DNA of 23,278 nucleotides from a virus (Duplodnaviria; Heunggongvirae; Uroviricota; Caudoviricetes): IMG/VR virus record IMGVR_UViG_2547132127_000004; one strand, 5' to 3'. Shown piece by piece: positions 14,708 to 23,278 of this stretch (position 1 is its first letter; each line of letters starts with the position of its first letter). The notes under the pieces were generated by a model. It saw only the letters and a program-made list of their open reading frames with translations, ran no database searches and was not told where the DNA came from. The position numbers and the translations under genes were made by a program.

Positions 14708-16095
14708 CAACTCCAGTATGGCGTAACGATGACCTTGAAGGCGCTGTCATCGGCGCGTTCTTTCTGCGCGGAGCAGATCCTGAAGTGATGGATATTCTGG
14801 CCACACTGCCAGCGGACGTTTTTTCTGTACGAGCGCATCAGGATATCTATACAGGCATCTGCAGACAGGCCCGTGTTTCAGGAGTGATTGACCCCGTGCT
14901 GTTGTGTAATGAGATGCCGGAACTTGCCCCGGTGATTACTGATACCGGGCGTAAAACCTGGGTGAAGTCTTCACTGGAGCACTATGTTGCAGCGTTGCGG
15001 CGCAATGCCGCACTGCGCGATGCAGAAAAAACACTGAATGAGGCGCTGCAGAAATTACGTGATGCGCATACCTGTGAAGCAGCTGAAGATGCCCTGAAGG
15101 ATGCGCAGAACATGATGGTCACACTGTCGACAGGAAAGGGCGTCATTCAGCCGGTACATATTGATGATGTGCTTCCGGAAGTGGTTGAGCGTGTTGAATG
15201 CCGGAATCAGGGGCTGGAGAAATCCAGGACGTTGATGACCGGTATTGATGAACTGGACGCAAAAACAGGCGGTATGGAGCCCGGAGACCTGGTATTCATT
15301 GCCGCCCGTCCTTCGATGGGGAAAACCGAACTTGCGCTGGACATCATCGACAAGGTGACTGAGCAGGGGCATGGTGTGCTTCTGTTCACCATGGAGATGG
15401 CGAACATCCAGATTGGTGAACGTATGGTGTCTGCGGCTGGAGGGATGCCAGTATCACGCCTGAAATCTGTGGCTCACTTTGAAGATGAAGACTGGACGCG
15501 TTTCTCACAAGGGGTGGGGCGGATGACCGGGCGCAATATCTGGATGGTGGACCAGGCGAACCTGGCCATTGATGAGATATGCGCAACAACGAAACACCAC
15601 CTGATTAAATATCCGGAAACGGCGCTGGTGGTGGTTGATTATCTCGGGCTGATAAAAACCCGAACCACGGGGCGTCATGACCTTGCCGTGGGTGAAATCT
15701 CAAAGGGGCTTAAAGGCCTGGCAAAATCCGGTGGTTTTCCGTTGATTGCGCTGAGCCAGCTCTCCCGCGGTGTGGAGTCCAGACCCAATAAACGTCCCAT
15801 GAACTCAGACCTGAAAAATTCCGGAGAAATAGAGGCGGATGCAGACATCATTCTGATGCTTTACAGGGATGAAGTGTACAACCCGGATACGCAGGCCAGG
15901 GGCATCGCAGAAATCAATATCACGAAACAACGTAACGGTTCTCTGGGAACGATTTACCGGCGTTTTTATAACGGACATTTTCTGCCTGTGGACCAGGAAA
16001 GTGCACGGGTGCTTTCCACTCCCATGAAGCCCGGCAATCCGCGCAGATACAGTAATAAACGAACTGACAGCAGTAAGATGGAGCGTTTCTTTTGA
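14704..16095 (+). CDS. DnaB-family replicative helicase
   Basis: ATGA coupling to the loader gene. Walker A FIAARPSMGKTELAL, Walker B LVVVDYLGLI, and the LSQLSR arginine-finger region. Confidence 0.8.
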   Translation: MTTPVWRNDDLEGAVIGAFFLRGADPEVMDILATLPADVFSVRAHQDIYTGICRQARVSGVIDPVLLCNEMPELAPVITDTGRKTWVKSSLEHYVAALRRNAALRDAEKTLNEALQKLRDAHTCEAAEDALKDAQNMMVTLSTGKGVIQPVHIDDVLPEVVERVECRNQGLEKSRTLMTGIDELDAKTGGMEPGDLVFIAARPSMGKTELALDIIDKVTEQGHGVLLFTMEMANIQIGERMVSAAGGMPVSRLKSVAHFEDEDWTRFSQGVGRMTGRNIWMVDQANLAIDEICATTKHHLIKYPETALVVVDYLGLIKTRTTGRHDLAVGEISKGLKGLAKSGGFPLIALSQLSRGVESRPNKRPMNSDLKNSGEIEADADIILMLYRDEVYNPDTQARGIAEINITKQRNGSLGTIYRRFYNGHFLPVDQESARVLSTPMKPGNPRRYSNKRTDSSKMERFF

Positions 16096-16106
16096 ACAAC
16101 CAGACA

Positions 16107-16349
16107 ATGACTTTTACCCCTGAACAATTGCGTAAACACGCGCAGGAAATGCTGCGTCATGCTGAACAACTCGAAAAAACGGGCATAACAAAAGATGCTA
16201 TCCGTAAAGATATGGTACCCGCGCTTCGGGAACTGATGCAGGCGAAGCATCGCGCACAGAAAGCAGTAGATGAGCTGGTGGACTGTGTGGCAGAGCTGGA
16301 AACCAGAGTCGGAAAGTTTGAAAAACTGGTGCAGGAGGCGCTGCGCTGA
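16107..16349 (+). CDS. Hypothetical small helical phage protein
   Basis: ATG at 16107. Charged, helix-rich sequence; no family recognised. Confidence 0.4.
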   Translation: MTFTPEQLRKHAQEMLRHAEQLEKTGITKDAIRKDMVPALRELMQAKHRAQKAVDELVDCVAELETRVGKFEKLVQEALR

Positions 16350-16443
16350 TGCGCCATGAGTTTGTTTTGCCCTGGCTTGTGCGCGATCATTATGTCCCTG
16401 GTGGAAAGCCCGGGATAAAAATCACCGAACCGGAGAGTATTTG

Positions 16444-16644
16444 ATGAGCGTCAAAATTCAAACGATACCGGAACTGCTTATCCAGACACGAGGTAATATG
16501 ACCGAAGTTTCACGAATGCTGAACTGTAATCGCGCCACGGTAAGAAAATATGCTGAAGATAAAGAGGGCAAAGGGCACGCCATTGTTGATGGTGTTCTGA
16601 TTGTTCATCGTGGATGGGACAGGGGTAAAGACAGTGATGCGTGA
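16444..16644 (+). CDS. ninH: NinH-like small DNA-binding protein
   Basis: [58 protein letters not shown] resembles lambda NinH as recalled. Immediately upstream of Q. Confidence 0.65.
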   Translation: MSVKIQTIPELLIQTRGNMTEVSRMLNCNRATVRKYAEDKEGKGHAIVDGVLIVHRGWDRGKDSDA

Positions 16645-17017
16645 TATTCAGCAGGTTCTTGAGCGCTGGGGCGCGTGGGTGGCTAATAATCATGAGGATG
16701 TGACCTGGTCGTCCATTGCTGCCGGTTTTAAGGGATTAATCCCTTCAAAAGTAAAATCCCGCCCGCAATGCTGTGACGATGACGCGATGGTTATATGTGG
16801 GTGTATGGCCCGCCTTAACCGGAACAACAACGATCTACATGACTTGCTGGTTGACTACTACGTGTTTGGGATGACATTCATGACGCTGGCGCGGAAGCAT
16901 GGATGCTCAGATGGTTATATAGGAAAGAAGCTACAAAAAGCCGAGGGGGTGGTGGAAGGAATGTTGATGATGTTGGGTGTCCGGTTAGAAATGGACAAAT
17001 ATATTGAACATCCCTGA
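16637..17017 (+). CDS. Q: Late-gene antiterminator Q, phage-82-type
   Basis: [26 protein letters not shown]... with a Cys cluster ([16 protein letters not shown]), as I recall for Q82-type antiterminators. Lies upstream of a strong terminator and the lysis genes. Confidence 0.65.
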   Translation: MRDIQQVLERWGAWVANNHEDVTWSSIAAGFKGLIPSKVKSRPQCCDDDAMVICGCMARLNRNNNDLHDLLVDYYVFGMTFMTLARKHGCSDGYIGKKLQKAEGVVEGMLMMLGVRLEMDKYIEHP

Positions 17018-17104
17018 TGGTAAGGGGCGACTTTCTAGAAAATATTTTACGTACGTAAAAAACGGGATATTCTGTTAAGAGTGGTTGCTTCGCCACACAG
17101 CTTA

Positions 17105-17128
17105 AACCCGCCTCCGGGCGGGTTTTTT
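17105..17128 (+). terminator. Rho-independent terminator (tR'-like) downstream of Q
   Basis: Perfect 8-bp stem AACCCGCC / GGCGGGTT with a 4-nt loop, followed by a T-run. Confidence 0.7.
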
Positions 17129-17216
17129 ATGCCTGAAAAACGGTACAGGACGTTAAACACGCTGGTGGTCAGATGAGTTTGCAGATGTGATGACATATGG
17201 TTATTATTCTGCCTCC

Positions 17217-17293
17217 GGCCCTTTAGCTCAGTTGGTCAGAGCGAGCGACTCATAATCGCCAGGTCGCTGGTTCAAGTCCAGCAAGGGCCACCA
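17217..17293 (+). tRNA. ileZ: tRNA with anticodon CAU; sequence resembles tRNA-Ile2 (lysidine type) rather than elongator Met
   Basis: Cloverleaf folded by hand: acceptor GGCCCTT/AAGGGCC, anticodon loop CTCATAA, T-loop TTCAAGT, 3' CCA. Closely resembles the E. coli ileX/ileY sequence as recalled. Confidence 0.75.
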
Positions 17294-17294
17294 A

Positions 17295-17371
17295 CCACCA
17301 CTAGCTCATCCGGATAGAGCATCAACCTTCTAAGTTGACGGTGCGAGGTTCGAGTCCTCGGTGGTGGGCCA
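17295..17371 (+). tRNA. argN: tRNA-Arg (anticodon UCU)
   Basis: Acceptor CCACCAC/GTGGTGG, anticodon stem TCAAC/GTTGA, loop CTTCTAA, T-loop TTCGAGT, 3' CCA. Confidence 0.75.
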
Positions 17372-17373
17372 GC

Positions 17374-17449
<76 letters not shown>

Positions 17450-17452
17450 TAT

Positions 17453-17527
<75 letters not shown>

Positions 17528-17819
17528 GTCAGAGTCTTTCAGTCTGCGATGATGGGAAATCCCGGAGTGACTGAAAGACGTTTAAGTTATGAATGATCGC
17601 CTTTTTTTGCAAAATTGCTGTGCAGAAATACTAACCTTCGGGCGTGCGATCATTCATAAGCACTCTGCTTTTATTCCGATTAACTGTGGGTGGTTTGTTG
17701 GATAGAGTGCTTTCCTTACTGTATATATCGTTTCGCCCGCTTTTGCGTTTTTTTCTTTTCAAATCCCTTTCATTTCTCAGTGTAAAACTACGCCATCCGT
17801 TATTTGCGGAGGTGAGGCT

Positions 17820-18035
17820 ATGAAATCCATGGACAAAATTTCAACGGGCATTGCCTACGGCACCTCCGCCGGCAGTGCCGGCTACTGGTTTTTGCAGTGG
17901 TTGGATCAGGTCAGGCCATCACAGTGGGCTGCGATTGGTGTGCTGGGAAGTCTGCTTCTGGGGCTTCTGACTTATCTGACGAATCTATATTTCAAAATAA
18001 GAGAAGACAAGCGTAAGGCTGCACGGGGAGAGTAA
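17820..18035 (+). CDS. S: Class II holin, S21-type pinholin with dual start (Met1 / Met4)
   Basis: [31 protein letters not shown]...[14 protein letters not shown] closely matches phage 21 S as recalled. GGAGGTGAGG Shine-Dalgarno; two TM segments. Confidence 0.8.
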   Translation: MKSMDKISTGIAYGTSAGSAGYWFLQWLDQVRPSQWAAIGVLGSLLLGLLTYLTNLYFKIREDKRKAARGE

Positions 18036-18038
18036 ATA

Positions 18039-18668
18039 ATGAAGCATGAAGAAATGAATCAGCGATTCAATCACCTGGAAAATGAAATCACTGAGCTTAA
18101 TAAAAAATTGTCGGCGTTGGTGAGTTCTGAAGATGAAAACAAACGCCGCGATGAGCATTATGCGGCGATTTACGATTACTGCCACAAAGTCGCTCACGAG
18201 ACTTTTATGAAGTTTTTGCAGGAAAAGTTTTTACCGGCCGCATTGTCAGAAAAAGAGGCGGCTTACCTGCGGCCTGAGTACGTCATTACGGTTAACAGTG
18301 CCGGAGAGGAAGAGCATAAAAGTGATTTTATTGCGTCTGCACCGGATAAAGACCAGGAACCCCATCGGCCTTTCAGGGTTTCCTGTGAAGAGGGTGAGTT
18401 CGTCGTTTATGAGAACGGAAAACCTGTCCGGGCATCGCATCATCACTGCCTGAAAATTATTAATCTCGCTATCAGATGCCTGAAAGACGAAAACACCAGA
18501 GTTATGAAACGCATTGGCCGTTGCATGGGGTATTTGCAGGTGGCGGCAGAGATTGAAGCACTTGCCAGTGGTGCAGACATGGATGCTGCGGTGCGGGAGG
18601 CTCTTCTTCGTGATTTCAATACTCCCCCTTTAAGAAAGAGCCTGATGACTGGATCCAGCCGGGGCTGA
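18039..18668 (+). CDS. Hypothetical cytoplasmic protein (209 aa) between pinholin and endolysin
   Basis: ATG 3 nt after the holin stop with GGGGAGAG Shine-Dalgarno. N-terminal coiled-coil-like segment, no TM or signal peptide, C-terminal Cys/His cluster (SCEEGEF...HHHCLKIINLAIRC). No family recognised. Confidence 0.55.
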   Translation: MKHEEMNQRFNHLENEITELNKKLSALVSSEDENKRRDEHYAAIYDYCHKVAHETFMKFLQEKFLPAALSEKEAAYLRPEYVITVNSAGEEEHKSDFIASAPDKDQEPHRPFRVSCEEGEFVVYENGKPVRASHHHCLKIINLAIRCLKDENTRVMKRIGRCMGYLQVAAEIEALASGADMDAAVREALLRDFNTPPLRKSLMTGSSRG

Positions 18669-18733
18669 CTTATCTTAAAAGGCGTATATAAGTTGGCTCG
18701 TTATTTGTTGCCGATAAATCCTGATAAATATCC

Positions 18734-19267
18734 ATGAGCGCAAAAATCAAATACGGCCTGTCAGCTGCTGTTCTGGCGCTGATTGCCGCAGGCGCGTCTG
18801 CTCCCCAGATACTTGACCAGTTTCTGAACGAAAAAGAGGGTAATCACACAACGGCATACCGTGATGGTTCTGGCATATGGACCATCTGTCGTGGTGCCAC
18901 AATGGTGGATGGTAAGCCTGTCATACCGGGAATGAAGCTGTCGAAGGAAAAATGTGACCAGGTTAACGCTATTGAACGTGATAAGGCGCTGGCATGGGTG
19001 GAGCGCAATATTAAAGTACCTCTGACCGAACCCCAGAAAGCGGGTATAGCGTCATTTTGCCCCTATAACATTGGCCCCGGTAAGTGTTTCCCGTCGACGT
19101 TTTATAAGCGGCTGAATGCCGGTGATCGTAAGGGCGCATGCGAGGCGATTCGCTGGTGGATAAAAGATGTTGGGCGCGATTGCCGCATACGTTCAAATAA
19201 CTGCTATGGACAGGTTATTCGTCGTGACCAGGAAAGCGCATTAGCCTGTTGGGAGATAGATCAATGA
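18734..19267 (+). CDS. R: SAR endolysin (T4-lysozyme-fold muramidase with N-terminal signal-arrest-release segment)
   Basis: N-terminal weakly hydrophobic Gly/Ala-rich segment ([15 protein letters not shown]) followed by the lysozyme catalytic region ([20 protein letters not shown]). Partnered with a pinholin. Confidence 0.75.
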   Translation: MSAKIKYGLSAAVLALIAAGASAPQILDQFLNEKEGNHTTAYRDGSGIWTICRGATMVDGKPVIPGMKLSKEKCDQVNAIERDKALAWVERNIKVPLTEPQKAGIASFCPYNIGPGKCFPSTFYKRLNAGDRKGACEAIRWWIKDVGRDCRIRSNNCYGQVIRRDQESALACWEIDQ

Positions 19268-19731
19268 GCAGAGTCACCGCGATTATCTCCGCTCTGGTTA
19301 TCTGCATCATCGTCTGCCTGTCATGGGCTGTTAATCATTACCGTGATAACGCCATTACCTACAAAGAGCAGCGCGACAAAAACGCCGGAGAACTGAAGCT
19401 GGCGAACGCAACCATTACTGACATGCAGCAGCGCCAGCGTGATGCTGATGCACTCGATGCTAAATACACGAAGGAGTTAGCTGATGCGAAAGCTGAAAAT
19501 GATGCTCTTCGGCGCAAGCTTGATAATGGTGGTCGGGTGCTCGTCAAAGGAAAATGCCCTGTGCCATCCTCAGCCGAAACCTCCAGCGCCTCCGGCATGG
19601 GCAATGATGCCACCGTCGAACTCTCTCCAGTTGCTGGACGAAACGTTCTCGGTATCCGGGACGGAATCATCAGCGACCAGACAGCATTGAGAATGCTTCA
19701 GGAGTACATCAGGACTCAGTGCCTGAAATAA
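19264..19731 (+). CDS. Rz: Rz i-spanin
   Basis: ATG overlaps the endolysin stop (ATGA). N-terminal TM helix then a coiled-coil-rich periplasmic domain. Confidence 0.7.
   Translation: MSRVTAIISALVICIIVCLSWAVNHYRDNAITYKEQRDKNAGELKLANATITDMQQRQRDADALDAKYTKELADAKAENDALRRKLDNGGRVLVKGKCPVPSSAETSSASGMGNDATVELSPVAGRNVLGIRDGIISDQTALRMLQEYIRTQCLK
19484..19690 (+). CDS. Rz1: Rz1 o-spanin lipoprotein, embedded in the +1 frame of Rz
   Basis: Lipobox-type signal (LIMVVGC) and proline-rich mature part ([11 protein letters not shown]), fully nested in Rz as in lambda. Confidence 0.7.
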   Translation: MRKLKMMLFGASLIMVVGCSSKENALCHPQPKPPAPPAWAMMPPSNSLQLLDETFSVSGTESSATRQH

Positions 19732-19763
19732 ATTTTTTTGCAAATCACAAAGTCCATTTAATG

Positions 19764-19790
19764 AGCCTCGCACTTGCGGGGCTTTTATAT
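19764..19790 (+). terminator. Putative rho-independent terminator after the lysis cassette
   Basis: Hairpin AGCCTCGC / GCGGGGCT (one G-U pair) followed by TTTT. Confidence 0.45.
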
Positions 19791-19933
19791 GTCCGCAGTA
19801 AACCGCGCATCGCAGCGCGTAACAATCCCGAGTCTTTCAGAAAGCTGAGCCTGAGAACTGCCGTATAGGTGAGGACCTCTCGGGGACGGCTTTTCTGTGC
19901 GAACAGGCTCAACTTTCTAAAGGAAATACCGAC

Positions 19934-20116
19934 ATGAACAAATCATTAACCGTTCTTCCTTCTGGCGAATACCCGACCATGAGCAGTCTTGAGATGGTGG
20001 ATTACATTAATGCTGATCGGAAATCCAAAGCGGAGGCGGAGGGGCTTGCGTTCCCCTGTAAGAAATATCGCAAACTCGAACACCGCAGTTTCATGAAGAA
20101 AGTACCCAGGGTCTGA
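19934..20116 (+). pseudogene. 5' fragment of a phage gene (possibly antirepressor-like) truncated by IS insertion
   Basis: The reading frame runs into the IS terminus and is closed by the terminal TGA of the IS (20114-20116). Confidence 0.4.
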
Positions 20117-20156
20117 GGTGTACTGGCAATAGCGGACACTACCATTTGTTCTTTTT

Positions 20157-20975
20157 TTAAGCAGCCATCTGATGATATTTTTCCCTGAAGGCTGCCGGGG
20201 AGATATTCCCCAGACGAGAGTGACGACGCTGACGATTGTAGAAAATCTCAATGTATTCCCGTATTACTGAGATGGCTTCATCCCGGTTATTAAAACGATA
20301 GTGGCTCAGGCTCTCATTTTTCAGCGTTCCCCAGAAGCTTTCCATCGGAGCGTTGTCGTAACAGTTACCTTTACGCGACATTGATGTTTTCAGACCAAAC
20401 TGCTCCTGTATGACCCGGTAATCGTATGCGCAGTACTGTGAACCTCGATCAGAGTGGTGGATTAGCCCGGCAGGTGGGCGCTGGCTCCTGAGCGCCATAA
20501 ACAGGGCTTTACCTGTCAGCTCTTTTGTCATGCGCTCTCCCATGGCGTAGCCGACAATTTCACACGTATAAACATCTTTGATGCCAGCGAGGTACAACCA
20601 TCCCTCCTGTGTGGCAACATACGTCAGGTCCGCCACCCAGACCTGATTTGGTGCTGTAGGAGCGAACGTCTGGTTCAGCAGATTTGGCGCAACTGGCAGA
20701 TTGTGGTTCGGGTTCGTAGTCGCTCTGAACTTGCGTTTCTGCTTACAGCGTAGCCTCAGCTCCTTACGAAGACATGCCAGTCGGTCACGACCAACGATGA
20801 TGCCATTCTCTGCCAGCTCCGTCTGGAGCCGCCGGGTTCCATATGTTTCGCGAGTGCGGATATGTGCCACCTTAATCTCCAGTTTTAGCCGCTCATCACT
20901 TTGTTTTCTGTCTGAGGGTTCATGCTGTACCCAGTTGTAATAACCGCTCCTGGATACACCAAATACCTGACACAT
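20157..20975 (-). CDS. IS3-family transposase OrfB (copy B)
   Basis: Differs from the copy A OrfB by a single residue. Confidence 0.8.
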   Translation of the reverse strand: MCQVFGVSRSGYYNWVQHEPSDRKQSDERLKLEIKVAHIRTRETYGTRRLQTELAENGIIVGRDRLACLRKELRLRCKQKRKFRATTNPNHNLPVAPNLLNQTFAPTAPNQVWVADLTYVATQEGWLYLAGIKDVYTCEIVGYAMGERMTKELTGKALFMALRSQRPPAGLIHHSDRGSQYCAYDYRVIQEQFGLKTSMSRKGNCYDNAPMESFWGTLKNESLSHYRFNNRDEAISVIREYIEIFYNRQRRHSRLGNISPAAFREKYHQMAA

Positions 20976-21010
20976 CGCTTCAATGGGAAATTGTTGTCGC
21001 CATTGTTCGA

Positions 21011-21313
21011 TTAACGCGTATTTTTCAGCGACTCCTGTGCAAAATACGCTGTTGCTTTTTTTAATATATCGCGCTCAAGGCGAGCTTCATTTAACGCCTT
21101 ACGCAGTTGCAGAATTTCAGATTCCAGTTCAGCCACCGTGCGGGAACCAGGAGTACCGAGCCCTTTTCTGGCGGCGGTAACCCATTGTCCTAAAGTGCCT
21201 TCAGGAAGAGATAATCGGGAAGCGCCTTCACTGATCGAAAGTTGATTTTCAAGAACCGTTCTGACAGCTTCGGCTTTGAACTCTTTAGAGTAACGTTGGG
21301 TTTTTCTGCTCAT
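21011..21313 (-). CDS. IS3-family transposase OrfA (copy B)
   Basis: Identical protein to the copy A OrfA. Confidence 0.8.
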   Translation of the reverse strand: MSRKTQRYSKEFKAEAVRTVLENQLSISEGASRLSLPEGTLGQWVTAARKGLGTPGSRTVAELESEILQLRKALNEARLERDILKKATAYFAQESLKNTR

Positions 21314-21488
21314 TATTAGCTCCTTCTGATGCCATTCTATTTCAGGAAGGAGTGTCCGTTAAACTCAGGCTACCTCAGTCATCGGGGATGCAGCTGCAAA
21401 ATTTTTTGCAACTGATACCTATATCAACGGAACAGGTGGTGTTGTGGAGAGGGATATTTGCAATTTTCCCAAGCGTGAAGCTTGCCTC

Positions 21489-21797
21489 ATGGCAATGAGC
21501 TACAGCTATGAGCTTCAGGCGCAGGTGTATGACCACATGACGGAGCTTGAGGGCGGGAAGGACATTAACCTCCTCGATTTCTCTGGCCTGACCGATATGG
21601 CAATCAGCGAAATGCAAAACCGTGTCGCGGCTGCTGAGAAGTTCTCATTTGAAATGCACGGTCAAGCAGGTAGCGCTCTCATGACTCGTCGGAAGAAAGA
21701 GAAGAAGGCCATTAAAAAGGCTGAGCAGCTTGTGAAGGATCTGATTCAGTTCAAGCTATGTGACATGGGGGATTTCCCTGATGGTAAACCAGCATGA
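21489..21797 (+). CDS. Hypothetical phage protein (start uncertain; frame is open from 21444)
   Basis: ORF immediately right of IS copy B, translationally coupled (ATGA) to the next ORF. May be the 3' part of a gene disrupted by the IS. Confidence 0.35.
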   Translation: MAMSYSYELQAQVYDHMTELEGGKDINLLDFSGLTDMAISEMQNRVAAAEKFSFEMHGQAGSALMTRRKKEKKAIKKAEQLVKDLIQFKLCDMGDFPDGKPA

Positions 21798-22006
21798 CTC
21801 CGATTGATTTCATACATAAAAATGTAACAACCGAGTTAATAAAGCTTGGGTACGACCAGAACGCGGCTATGACTGGCGCTGACATGGCGGTGGAGCATTA
21901 CCGCCGTTGTTCACAAGCCAGCAGAAAAGGCCGAGTTTTCGATGACTGCCTGTACATTGCAAAACAGTGGGCAGGTAGGAAGAAAAGGGAAAAAATGACA
22001 ACCTGA
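21794..22006 (+). CDS. Hypothetical phage protein (70 aa)
   Basis: ATG overlaps the upstream stop. No family recognised. Confidence 0.35.
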   Translation: MTPIDFIHKNVTTELIKLGYDQNAAMTGADMAVEHYRRCSQASRKGRVFDDCLYIAKQWAGRKKREKMTT

Positions 22007-22379
22007 GAGCTACTTTCACAACGGCTCTTCATTACAAAGCCCATCTACTGGTGGGCTTGATAATGGCTTATACCCTACACGGGATAACTTAACTGATATC
22101 CCTTTTAACGGATAAAGGTATTCAGGCCTGACACATCATGCGCTGTATCGTCGCTGTATTCCCGCATTAACCATGACCGTAGCCCGACGGGGAACTCCTT
22201 CTGCGCGAGTGTGCGGGAATAATCAAAAACGATGCACACCGGGTTTTTACCGCGTTTATGGTTCGCGGGTTTGTCCCTCATGCTCGCCAGTCCTGTGCGG
22301 GGGTGGAAGAAACAGGACACTTACACTGATTCTTGTGGGTACGATGCTATTCCTTTCTGGATTATCCCGATGTCATTCA

Positions 22380-22520
22380 TGCAGGGCGCTGTATCAGACG
22401 TTCGTCATGGCTGTCAGGCTGACGGGTCCTCCCGGTGGGGTGGCCTGCCACGGGGCGGGAGCGGCGCAGAATTTCACTATTTATGAAAATTTTTCGGAAA
22501 CCATGTCCGGTTTCTCTGAA
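22380..22520. promoter_or_regulatory. Lambda-like cos site (cosQ / cosN / cosB region)
   Basis: CATGCAGGGCGCTGTATCAGACG...ACGGGGCGGGAGCGGCGCAGAATTTCACTATTTATGAAAATTTTTCGG resembles the lambda cohesive-end region as recalled. Predicted 12-nt cohesive end GGGCGGGAGCGG at about 22452-22463; a Nu1-like gene starts ~215 bp downstream. Confidence 0.5.
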
Positions 22521-22677
22521 GGTTAACCATTTGAAAAATATAGAAATGCGCTTTCTGCGAACCGGGCATGCGCAAAAATTGAACACTCAAACCGGACATA
22601 TATGCCGCGTTTCATAAAGTTGTTCGCAAGATGCATGTTTAAAACGCATGAGGGGAGATTTTTTGGCGAGGTGAACA

Positions 22678-22890
22678 GTGGCTACTCAGACTGAAGTTGC
22701 CAGGCATTTGAGTCTGACCGATCGCCAGCTTCGCAGATTACAGAAACTGCCGGGTGCCCCGGTTTCGAACAAGCGAGGACAACTGGATCTGGATGCCTGG
22801 CGTGATTTTTACATATCGTATCTGAGAAGAAGTAAAAACGATGTGCCTGATGGTGATCCGGAAGAGGATTATGAAGAGAAACTGAGGTAG
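22678..22890 (+). pseudogene. Small terminase subunit (Nu1-like), N-terminal 68 codons only, truncated by IS insertion
   Basis: Winged-HTH N-terminus (EVARHLSLTDRQLRRLQ) alignable with lambda Nu1. The frame ends in a TAG that lies inside the IS terminus. Confidence 0.5.
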
Positions 22891-23066
22891 CCTGAGTGTA
22901 ACGGACACTCCTTCCTGAAATAGAATGGCATCAGAAGGAGCTAATAATGAGCAGAAAAACCCAACGTTACTCTAAAGAGTTCAAAGCCGAAGCTGTCAGA
23001 ACGGTTCTTGAAAATCAACTTTCGATCAGTGAAGGCGCTTCCCGATTATCTCTTCCTGAAGGCACT
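22881..23066 (+). mobile_element. IS600-like element, partial copy C (left end and first 40 codons of orfA), inverted relative to copies A and B
   Basis: Matches the orfA end of copies A/B, including the orfA start ATG at 22947, up to 23066 where similarity stops abruptly. Confidence 0.75.
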
Positions 23067-23278
23067 GAACCGCCCCGGGTTTCCTGGAGAGTGTTTTATC
23101 TGTGAACTCAGGCTGCCAGATCATCGTTTCCGATGGAAGCATAATAAGCTTTTTCTGCTTCTGCCGGAGGGATGTGGCCCAGCCTTTCCAGCAATCGTCG
23201 ATTATTATACCAGTCCACCCACGTGAGTGTGGCCAGTTCCACTTCTGCACGGTTTTTCCAGCTCTTACGGTGTATTAC
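23066..23278 (-). mobile_element. IS3-group element end (IS629-like) inserted into IS copy C; continues beyond the window
   Basis: Terminus begins TGAACCGCCCCGGG... Complement of 23108-23278 encodes a transposase C-terminus ...VIHRKSWKNRAEVELATLTWVDWYNNRRLLERLGHIPPAEAEKAYYASIGNDDLAA. Confidence 0.65.
23108..23278 (-). CDS. IS3-group transposase OrfB, C-terminal 56 codons (5' part outside the window)
   Basis: Translation of the complement from the window edge to the TGA (complement of 23108-23110). Not in the ORF track because it has no start codon in the window. Confidence 0.6.
   Translation of the reverse strand, partial: VIHRKSWKNRAEVELATLTWVDWYNNRRLLERLGHIPPAEAEKAYYASIGNDDLAA

Larger units (their letters stand above)
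20114..21381 (-). mobile_element. IS3-family insertion sequence, IS600-like, 1268 bp (copy B)
   Basis: Same length and ends as copy A, same orientation; a few SNPs, including one Q-to-L change in OrfB. No matching flanking direct repeats. Confidence 0.8.

Noticed and set aside
17528..17819. Shiga-toxin or other toxin cargo between the tRNA cluster and the holin
   Set aside because: Only about 290 bp with no ORF of useful length; stx-like genes are absent despite the Stx-phage-like architecture.
19946..20251. ORF 19946..20251 (-), 101 aa
   Set aside because: Read-out frame from the IS end into flanking DNA (same IS-internal start as the int fusion); no independent evidence for a gene.
22007..22677. 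Cluster of short overlapping ORFs (22105..22320, 22173..22526, 22232..22486, 22377..22586, 22435..22617)
   Set aside because: They overlap each other in several frames across the cos region, which is expected to be non-coding and structured.
23026..23250. ORF 23026..23250 (-), 74 aa
   Set aside because: Wrong frame; the transposase C-terminus is readable in a different minus-strand frame (23108..23278) that lacks a start in the window.

Overview
Enterobacterial (E. coli/Shigella-type) chromosome running into a defective, IS-riddled lambdoid prophage. Positions 1-4790 are the chromosomal ygcU-ygcS-ygcR-ygcQ cluster plus a convergent ygcP that carries an in-frame TAA. From about 4801 a lambda-type attL and a lambda-type integrase begin; the integrase is cut at its N-terminus by an IS3-family element (IS600-like, 1268 bp). 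A second identical-length copy sits at 20114-21381 in the same orientation, a third inverted partial copy starts near 22881, and that one is itself interrupted by an IS629-like end. Between the IS copies lie two different replication modules (a primase-helicase whose P-loop carries a ~342 aa intein with LAGLIDADG motifs; and an O-like initiator with internal iterons plus DnaC-like and DnaB-like genes), nin genes (NinB, NinE, NinH), a HigB/HigA-like toxin-antitoxin pair, a Rha-like gene with an in-frame amber codon, a Q82-type antiterminator with a tR'-like terminator, four tRNA genes, and a lysis cassette (S21-type pinholin, an unrecognised 209 aa gene, SAR endolysin, Rz/Rz1). A lambda-like cos site and a truncated Nu1-like small terminase follow. 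The two observations I rate highest are the intein (apparently class 3 type) and the unknown gene wedged between pinholin and endolysin. All calls are from reading the sequence and from recalled family knowledge; no database search was run, and named identities (IS600, IS629, lambda Int, S21, Q82) rest on memory.
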